DNA from: a virus
Taxonomy: Duplodnaviria; Caudoviricetes
Direction: 5' to 3' (one strand)
IMG/VR virus record: IMGVR_UViG_3300017705_000701
Span: 1-24,557 of that record
Length of the DNA: 24,557 bases
The notes below the pieces were generated by a model that had not been told where the DNA came from, searched no databases, and saw nothing but the letters and a program-made list of their open reading frames with translations. This document shows, in pieces, positions 8,949 to 19,000 of this stretch. Positions within the stretch are counted from its first letter, which is position 1. Each line of letters starts with the position of its first letter. A program made the position numbers and the translations under genes.

Positions 8949-10069
8949 TAGAAATCACACTCCGGAGTTGTTTCAACCGCTTCCTTATAAATATCTGAAG
9001 ATAAAATATTAACCTCATCATCTTTTACACAATCAAGAGGATCAGAAATAAAATATCCTTTTTGCTTTACATTCGGATTTAATTGACACATTAAATCTTT
9101 ATCAATTTCATGATCAACATATATATTAAAAAAATGATTAACATATGTTTGATTCAGTGGTAAAAGTCTAAGTTCTAGATCGTCTTCGTTTGATTTTATG
9201 ATCTCTTCTTGTGATTTGAGAAGTCCCTTGTCGTTAACAATAGAAGATTTTCTTGTAAAGTATTTTTGAACCAACTCTTCATCATATTTCACGTACTTTG
9301 GGTCTTCCCACACTTCAAAAACTTCTATGTCAAAATTTTCTTTTAAAAAAGGAACATTATGTTCATTGATTTCTAATACCACAAAATCTTCTTGAAAATC
9401 ATAATAGCCATCTTCATATAAAGGAGGATTTTCATGTAATTCATCAAACTCTTTTAATCTAAGATTATTTACTTTCTTTGTATTGTCTTCTGATGTTTCG
9501 GGAGTTCCAGTTGATGGATATCCTTTTGTTTTATATTCTATAGTTACATCCAATTGAGGTATTTTTAAATGAGGGTGCATGCTGGAAGTGAAAAAAGTAA
9601 CAGGCACATAACCAGCAGAACTTGAAAAATCATTATATAACAAATTTATGTCCCATGCAGGGGCTTTGTCTGATTCAAAACTAGAATTTCCAAGTGGCCA
9701 TGGCAAAGCATATTGTTTTATATAATCTGCTGGTTGTAGATTCAATTTCCCTAGTTTTTCGAGCACATAATAATGCGGTATACCAGAGCCGGCTGGCGCA
9801 GCATCGATTAGCTCATCCAATTCCTTTATACTGGGGAGTTCCGTATTGGTAAACATATATTGAGTTTTTAATCTAGGAACTTCTTTAATTCTATCTTTAA
9901 TACTGTTCTGTGTTTCGGTGTCGACACCAGCAAATTTGCTATCATATAAAATTTCGTCATCAAAAAAAGCATATAGTTCTGGTTTGAAATCACCTTGTGC
10001 AAGCAAATACTCGCCATATGGTGTTAATTCCAGGTCTATTACATCTTCTCGTTTGTTAAAAAATTCCAT
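8948..10069 (-). CDS. Acidic putative baseplate/tail-attachment protein, 373 aa, sharing an N-terminal module with 1050..2105
   Basis: ORF with AGGA 10 nt upstream. N-terminus VIDLELTPYGEYLLAQGDFKPELYAFFDDEILY. It directly follows the gp7/gpI-like gene, the slot held by gp8 in T4 and gpH in P2. Confidence 0.7.
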   Translation of the reverse strand: MEFFNKREDVIDLELTPYGEYLLAQGDFKPELYAFFDDEILYDSKFAGVDTETQNSIKDRIKEVPRLKTQYMFTNTELPSIKELDELIDAAPAGSGIPHYYVLEKLGKLNLQPADYIKQYALPWPLGNSSFESDKAPAWDINLLYNDFSSSAGYVPVTFFTSSMHPHLKIPQLDVTIEYKTKGYPSTGTPETSEDNTKKVNNLRLKEFDELHENPPLYEDGYYDFQEDFVVLEINEHNVPFLKENFDIEVFEVWEDPKYVKYDEELVQKYFTRKSSIVNDKGLLKSQEEIIKSNEDDLELRLLPLNQTYVNHFFNIYVDHEIDKDLMCQLNPNVKQKGYFISDPLDCVKDDEVNILSSDIYKEAVETTPECDF

Positions 10070-10090
10070 TAATTATAATTCCTATTCTTT

Positions 10091-13000
10091 TCATTCGGGC
10101 TCTTCATCCCCAAGCAAGGTTAGAGATCCTAGTTGTTGCGGGGAAGTCATGGTCGCGCGGGATCCACCACGGCTCCATCCTGAGAACGGAATATTTGGCG
10201 CTTCCTCTCTTATATCGTCCGAAACTACACGTTTTGCTCCTTTTCCGGTAACAACAACAGTCTCTTCTTTGCCATCTGGGCCAATTGTTGGTGCAATTTG
10301 TATAGAATCACCTCCTCCTAAGTGAATTTCTGTATCTACCTTAATTAGTTCCACCAACGAACAAAAATCATATGGCCAATTATAGCTATAATCTAATCCA
10401 TATCCAGAAGCAACATCACTTTCTTGGCGCGCGTATCGAGCAATATCGCGGATACCAGCCATTCGGGAGACGCCTGTAATCTGATTAGTTGCACTAACAT
10501 GTGTAAGGCCATGGCTAGAATTCGCTGAAGGCGCGTCGGCACAGGCTTGTCTGATTCCGGCGATTTCTCCGCGCAGGCGCGCTACCTCGTCCAGAAGTAT
10601 TTGTCTATCTCCAGTTGTCGTCGTTCCGCTTGTGGTCATGAACTGAAGCTCGTCGATACGAGCCTGGAGGTCGTTGATTTCCTGTCGACCGCAATCGTCT
10701 ATTTCTGGAGGTGCCTCTGTTTCATCTCCCATCTGTACGCTGATAGGTGCTATTCCTGCATCTGGCCTAGGAGGTAATTGACCAGCAAGATCAATAACTT
10801 TATCAAAATAATTCCATTTTGCTTTTTGTTTGACTTTAAACACCATCCAATGCAAATCCGGGTTTTTCAACTCTTTTATAGTCAATAATTCTCCTGAGTC
10901 GCGCGCTATAGAGTGGCAAATAGAAACTTGTTCTTTTTTAGCCGACGTACCTATTTTTGGTGGTAAATTCTGCCATATATTTGCTATGTCGTTCTGTGAG
11001 AACTCATGTTCAAATTCAAAGAAGTACATTGCAAATGGTCTAAATTTCTTAGAACCAAATTTCTTTAATTGAGTTAAGAAGTCGAACTTCGGAGGAACAA
11101 CATAGCGCATCATTGATCTCACCATACTATAAACAGAGGCTGGTACATTTGTAGCCGGTTGACCAGAATTAATAGAAGATAAAGCTCTCTTAACTGTGTT
11201 TTTGTTAACATTGATAAATTTCGTTTCAATTCTCTTGGTTCTGTTATTATATTTTTTAATAACTGGTATAGCAACAACAGCTTCTCTCATTACTTTTTCG
11301 CCATCATCTGGCAATACGCCTATCTTTTTAAGGCCTTTATCAACTCCAAGCAGATCTGCTAATGAAACGCTCCCATCAACATCGAGGGCGCCCAAAAATA
11401 TTCCTTTTGTGTTGTCAGTTTCAACAACACCTTTTTGATGCCACATTCCTTTTGTGCTGGCGCCGTTATCGGGGTCAACATTCGTAACGTTTGTAAAATT
11501 GACGATAGGAGTTTCAAATTTAGGCTGTATAATAAGGTGGGCCTCTTTCTGAAAAATGTCTACAGAAGATGTCAAATTCATCATATCAACATCATGTACA
11601 TAATTTGTAGTAGAAGACGAACCAGATACACTTCTATAGTCCGTAATGGTGCAATTAGATAATATTTCATCAAGCGACCATTCCCATACCGCAAATGTGC
11701 CATACTTGTCTGCAACAGTGCTTTTTGCCGTGGCGTCAAGCGAATATTCTCGATAAGTATAACCAGTCTTTGTATCGTTATAATAATAAGGTGGTGTAAA
11801 CGGAGCATAACTACCTTCGCTAGTTTGCATATGAACCGTTGGGCCAAAAGCAGATTGACGATTATACATAGAAAAGATTCTATCATGGTTTGCGGAAACA
11901 TCTTGATGGTCTGATAGATAAATTCTCATTTTGTAAGTGCCTCTGTTTGGATCAACAACATACGCATCTTCCATTTTAGAAGAAACAAGAGTAGACACTT
12001 CACCATTTTTTAAAAACAAATCTATAGAAGTAGCAAGAAAATTATGCATCGCCAGTTTATAAGTATCGCTATTGACTAAGTTCAATTGAATACTAGCGCT
12101 AGCTTCGTTAGAAGTTGCAGAAGAGCCACTAATCTTAGCAGTTGGGTCTGGTTCTGCTTCATACATAGATGTGCCGTTACCAATATACGTTTCTGGACGG
12201 ACTAAAGCATCAAAAGGCAATCTATAATCAAAAGCGCCTGATAATCTATATATATCGGTAGTCGCCGCATTTCCAGAGGATCCCAAATAATATGGCACAT
12301 CCTCGTCAACTGCTCCACCAGCTGTTGTAGAACCAACCTGTTTAGTGTAAATTGGATAATCAACAGCAATTCCAGATTTAATTGAGTTATACAAAATTCC
12401 AGGTGCAAAGAATGGGGCTAAAGAAACCCTTCTTTTAACATTATCTGCATTTACATTATCTACAAATTGAGTGGATGAATACGATTGACTAAACAGTGTT
12501 GCTAATTGTAAAGTTCTGTCTGCAGGATAAAAACCCTTGTAAGGTAATAATTTCATCATACCAGTGCAAGTATAAGTTATTTTATTTGGATCTAATACGC
12601 CCTCATGATCTTTATACATAATAGAAAAATGTTTTAAGAAATCAGAATGTGAATAGGTACTAAAGAATTCTCCAAGTCCGCTATCAGCAACATCTGACCC
12701 AGTACATGATAAAAAGACCTCATTGTCTGCAAGGAAGTTACCGTTTTGTTCATCTAAATAATAAGCCATATGTTCGCTTATTCTAAATTCGGAAACTATA
12801 GAATAGTTCTGTCCCATTCTTTTAATTTCATTGGAATAATCTTCATATGAATCATCAAAGGGATCACCAGCTTCAAATTTTGTATCTCCAGACACGACAC
12901 TGGCACTTATAGGTCTAGCATAAATTGCCGCCGGGGTAATTACATCTGTGCCGCCATGATAAATGGTATAATTATTTTGTAATTCTCCCGCTCCATCATC

Positions 13001-16000
13001 CCCTGCCGAATCGGCGGCGCCTCTTGCGTCGGCAGTTGCATAATCTTCTCTTGCGTCCATCGCCCATATGCTTTGCTGGAGAACGGTTTGTCCTTGAGAA
13101 TTCGTCACATTTGCTTTGGTTCTATCAGAGCGCGCATCTCTCCAAAAATCAACAATATAGTTTTTGCGTTCTCTTGCTTTTTCCAAATATACATTAATCT
13201 CTCTAGGATATAGCATCTCTCTATAGTAAAAACTGATTAATTCTGGTTTTAAAGAAACAACATCGTGCAAATAAAGGTTTTTTAAATGATCATAAGTTTG
13301 ATCGCCACCATGTAAATCAAAATTTAATTTATCGCGCACTCCAACATTCGCAAAATTAGCTAAATTGTTTCCGTATGTGTGTTTAATTGTCCCATCTTTA
13401 AAAACATGAATTAACGGTTTATAGCGCGTTGTGGCTAATGATTCTGTAAATCGATTAAGGGTTTTGTTAAACATAAAAGAAAGTATACTATTTTTTCTTT
13501 CATGTCTAGCAATGGGATGATTTGCCATTCTTATCTGTTTCCACGAAGGCCAACCATATGGACCTTGACGATGTAAAATTAAACTATTAAGATCGTTAGG
13601 TTGCACAATTGATGCAATTTCTGTATTTCTATAATCCCCGCTTGAAGCGCTTAAAAGATTTAAATTTGTTAACATGGGATCGTAGATTACAGTATTAATG
13701 CCAGCAAAATCAACCAAATTGTCAAGTGCGCCAGTAAGACTAGCAGTTAAAAATGTGATATCAGTAGATGCTTCTGGTCTATACCGTCGAATATCATTGG
13801 TTCTTCTTCTTGCATAATGATACAGCGCTGGGCCAGAATAATCATTAATCAAACTAGCTGTTATCCAAGAATATTGTAGATCTGTTCTTGGAATGGGATG
13901 CTGAACCCAATAATTATCATATACAGTTCCAGTAACCGTATTATATATCCCACCACCATCAAATTCTGGTCTTCTTAGTAAGTTTCTATTAACGTTGTGA
14001 TAAGAAGACATTGCCACACCGGTGGTACTTTCGCCATCATATGTATCGCTAGTTACTTCAGTTTTATTGCCAACATATGTACCCTCTGTTACAATTCCAC
14101 TATCTATGCCGGTTTTCACACTAGCAGAATATTGAGTATCGCTCCAAAAGCCAAATTGATTAGAGTGGTTTGTTAAGTATTCTCTAAGAGGCAATCGAAC
14201 TGATAAATTTCTCCAAGGCAAAGCATTATAAACCGAATATTCTCCAGACTCAAGATCCAAAAAAGACTCGCACATTGTTTCAGGACCACCGGGAGCATTA
14301 AACCTATTAACAAAAACAAATTTATTTGAACCTTCTACTGATCGATCTATTGCTGTAAAATGAGGAACTCCATATATTGGCAAAGACCACGAATCTGGTT
14401 TTTGAGAATCTTGCCAATCAATGTTTATACCTTCATTCTTAACAAAATAACGATTATTGATCTTTCTTCCTGTCGTCGAAATAATATTATAGTCAAATCT
14501 ATAATTACCTAATTTGGTGGTGTTTGCTGGATCTGTATGGCCGCCAGAACCGGTTGTCATTCTAATATTTTCAATATTAACAGGTCGTTTTGGGCCGCGC
14601 CACATCATTGAACGTGGGTTGTGAATAGAGGCAGAAATTGGAGAAGCGATTGCTGCGTATTTACCATCTGCGTCTTCTTTAAAAACCAATGCCCAACCTT
14701 CTACTCTGTTTGTTACAGTGTCTAAAGTGTGATTTGGGCCAAATTGGCTCCAAACGTGTCGATATGGATATCCACCAACCCATCTTTCAGTAAGCGGACC
14801 TTGCATTGGTACCTCATAGTGTGGAGCATATATATCTTGGTGTAAATTAGCAAAATCTATTCCTCCGCTAAAGTCACTAGAAATTATAGAATCATATCCA
14901 GTTGTAACGGATGAACTGATAATGCTAAATGGTGCAAACCATTTAGTATACCCATCTCCAAAATAATCCGATTCTCCAGTGTCAGCAGTGCTACCTCTGC
15001 TTTTTTCTCTAGATGTGGTTAAATATTCTCTTTTTTTAACTTCAGGGGCAAAAAGATCTCTATATTCTTTAATTATATCACTATCTTGAACTTTTTCTGT
15101 GGTTATTTCTAAGCCCATTTTCTCAGGACCATCAACATCGTTTATTAAAGCTCTAAATAAGTCTGGTTTTTTATTGACTGGGTTGTTTATACCACCATGT
15201 ATTGGTTTGGTTATATGTGATAATAATTTATAAGGAACTCGGTTCTCTCTTTGGCGCGTATTAACTATTACATCAAATATTCTTTGCCTCGCATCATCGG
15301 TGTCTTCCTCTCCGCTCGAAATAGTTGAATCCGCCCTTCTTGTCCTTGTCCAAGTTAGTGTATTTTTAGCTTCATTTTCAGTTTCATGGTTTTGGTTGTG
15401 TGAAAGTCTTATGCTCATTTGAGCAGGCGCAATTCTTTTTAATCTCTCTTCCAAATCTGGCGATGCAACCACTGGATTTCCAGGAGGGTCTGGAATGTTG
15501 TTAAAAATCGTGCCACCAACGGTTTGAGGATTCGGGGATCCGCCTGCCGAACCCATAGGAGACACTTCTAACAACTCTTTAGAGTGTTTAATTTTTTCTT
15601 CAACAATTGGCAATTTTGACCAATACTTATTTCTCTCTAGTACATGGCTTTCAATCATGTTTCTGATATTTTCTGAAAAGCGCGCTGATGCAGGAATAAT
15701 CTGTTGTATCATCTTCGATATCGATTGATCAATCCATCTATAATAATCAATATATTTTTCAAAATCTGGATTTACAATTTCTCCTGTATCTTCTGTTCTT
15801 CTCTCAAAAAACAATTGCCTTAGCTTGGACATAGCCTTATAATCTTGCCTATATCTTTCTACCGGCTCGCCAATTAAATTATTAAAATCAACAACCGTCG
15901 CAAAGAATTTTAGAATTTCTTTAGATATTGATTGATACATGCTTTTTTCAATTGCAAAAAAATGTGTAACTGGCATTGTTTGTCTTGTAAAGATATCATC

Positions 16001-19000
16001 ATCTGTAGTTACAATGTTGATTGTATCTGAAGAGTGTAAATTTTCTGGCAGGTTTTGTCTCGCTGAATAAATATATTCTTTACTTATAACTTTTTTATTA
16101 GATGGTAAAAAGAAATCCCCTTTGCCGGTGTGTTGGAGATTGGCAACTTCGCTCACCCAACCATAACTAGAGGTAATTGTATGAGCAATAGATCCAGAGG
16201 ACATATCTTCAACAAGGAAATTTGCATTTTTAGGATTGGTACCATAATATACATCACTACTAGCGGGGCTTGATCCAGTAACCCCTGTAAAATCCCAATT
16301 TAAAACAAGAGTTTCCATTTGAGGGACATAGGGGAATGTGCTAGTAGAGCCTGTTACTACTTCAAACAAATAAGCACTTTGATATGGGTGTAATCTACCA
16401 ACATTTTCAGGATCTCTAGCGTGGACCTGAATTGTTTTATTATCTAGATAATCCAACCAACATCTTAAAGAAGAAACCTTTATGTCAGTTTCGGTCAATG
16501 TAGAGCCAATAAAGTCTTGCCTGTGTGCTCCAGCATAAACTCGTTTAGAGCTGGAAAGGAAGTTTTCTCCTTGTTTTTTTGATAACGTTCCAGTTAATAA
16601 AAATTCTTTACTTACAACATCTAAATCACTATTAACACCATAAAACTCAACTAAATAGGGATTATCAACATCCGGTGTTAAAGCACCAGTTACGTAACTG
16701 GCTAGTGGATGTTTTCTTGGTTTAACACGAACTGCAAAATTCCATTTTTCGTTATCATAAACATTGGCAAATACACTACTTGTTAATTCTAAAGCAAAAG
16801 CCTGCACCGAACTTGTTAACCGGAAAAAAGCGTCTTTGTTGGTATACCCATTTGCATAAATGGTATTTTCTTGTAATGTTTTTCGACATGCATAAACTTG
16901 AAAATTCGCATTGTCGAGGCTATGCCACGTTAAACCTTTTGCGTCTTCTGCATCGACAAAGTGACTAGTCTGTTTTGCTCTGTGCATTCCAAAAAGAGAT
17001 GCTGAAAGATTTGTGTATTTATATTGACTGTCCTCTTCCAATGAGCGCTTTTCAGGAAAAATCACTTCTGTTTCCATTGTGAATGGCATCGCAGCATTGG
17101 CGGAACCAGAAATACAAGATACCGAATTAGCATTTGCGCTGGATGTGAATTGATAAACCGTGCCGGCATATCTATCAGGATGGTTAAAATCTACACAATT
17201 TTTCTTAACAGTCGTCGAAGAGTAATTTTCTTCAAGAAGATAATCAGCTTGATTGCCATACAAATTTAATTTTAATACTTCATCATCAATACCAAAGCAT
17301 CTGATTAAGTTTCTAAAAGACTTGTCTGTTCCTTTTGTTTTATATATGTGAGACAAAGAATTATAAATGTTCTGATATATTTGATTTTTAATAGTATAAA
17401 GCTTTTCTTCAAAAAGCTCTTTGTCGGTTTGGTTTAAAAATTGTTCTAATATGCTAGCATCTGCAAACAATTCTGAAGTGACAAAACCTTTTGATTCTAA
17501 AGCCTGTCTCATAAAAGGATATGCTTTCTGACTTCCGCTGGGATAAGACACATTTTGCAGTGAAGGCAATGCTTGTATCTGCAGCTGTAAAGTATCAAAA
17601 TAACTGGCCATTATTTGTACTAATTTTTTTAATACATATCCATTCTCGCCATCTTCATCAATAATCCAAGCCGGCAAAGAATGATAAATAGAAGAATTAT
17701 TACTTAAATCGTGGTATCTTCCTTTTTCTAAAGAAGAAATGTAATAGCTATTAACATCCGGATGGCTTTTATATAAAATAGGATCTTTATATTCAAACGA
17801 AGCCGTTGTTAAATTGCTTAAAACTATTGCTGATCCTGTTTCTCTATGTCCGGAAGTGTAGCCTGTCCAAGTTCCATTGTTTATACGACCTGAATAATCT
17901 AAAACAGTTGAATCTAAAGAAGAAATACCTGTTGTGCCTTCATTGAATTTGTAATAAACGCCCAAGTGCGTATTTGCATCATCAGTATTTGCGCCGCCTC
18001 CAACTTGTGTAAACCAATGTCGTCCAATCTGCTGTGCGCTTCTTTCTGTTTTCCAAAATCTAAACTCATCTAAGGCGCCTGAAAATGGCGCCCAACCTAA
18101 TTGTGGTGTACTGTTGCCAGACAAAGTAGTTGCTAAAGCTCCAATAGTTGCTAACATTCCTCCGCTAACATAATCAACAATATTTCCCAACCTAAATGAA
18201 TCATTGCAATAGCCATCAAGATAAAATTTTGTTTTAAGATGGCCACCAAAATTAGTTTCTTTTGAAGTTCCATATGTGCCAGCAAAGCCGGTCATTTGAC
18301 CATTGTTTTTTCCGACGCGATCTAAAATTTTATAGTTTGGAGATGGGGCATTTATATCAGAAGTTGTTTCACCCATATCCCACCAAGAAACAAGATTTGC
18401 CGCTTCAGAGTGCGTAGTGGGGTCAAAATATTGACCCTCGTTATAAAGCTCAGTAACTTCTGTTGCACTCAAGTTTGTTTTCCAAACAGTTGCTTCATCT
18501 ATAGAACCATCAAAATAAAAGCTAGTATTTGTATTGTTGCTATTTCTTCGGGCGGCAATAAGAAAATCTATTCCAGGCTTAGTTGTACTACCACACGTTC
18601 CAGTATCAGATTGTATAATACCATCAACATACAGTGTATGTACGTCTGTAGTAGCATTACTAACAAGAACAACGTGATGCCAAGCGCCATCATTTATAGC
18701 ATCGTCGGATAAAGAAGCATCACTAGATCCACCAACCCATCCAGTTAACTTCAAGCTACCATTTGCAACAAAGAGTCTATATTGGGCTCCACCAGCAACG
18801 CCGCTATCTCCAATACCCATTATATTTCCACCGGTGGTTGCGCTAGTTTTTATCCAGGCTGAAAGAGTAAAAGAATCATCATCTGGGTCAAAATTTAAAT
18901 TGGCCGGTTGCCCGACAACAATATGATCATCTGTTCCATCAAATAGTATAGATTTTCCTGGTTTTTCATTTTTAAAAGTAAATGCATAATGATGCCATTT

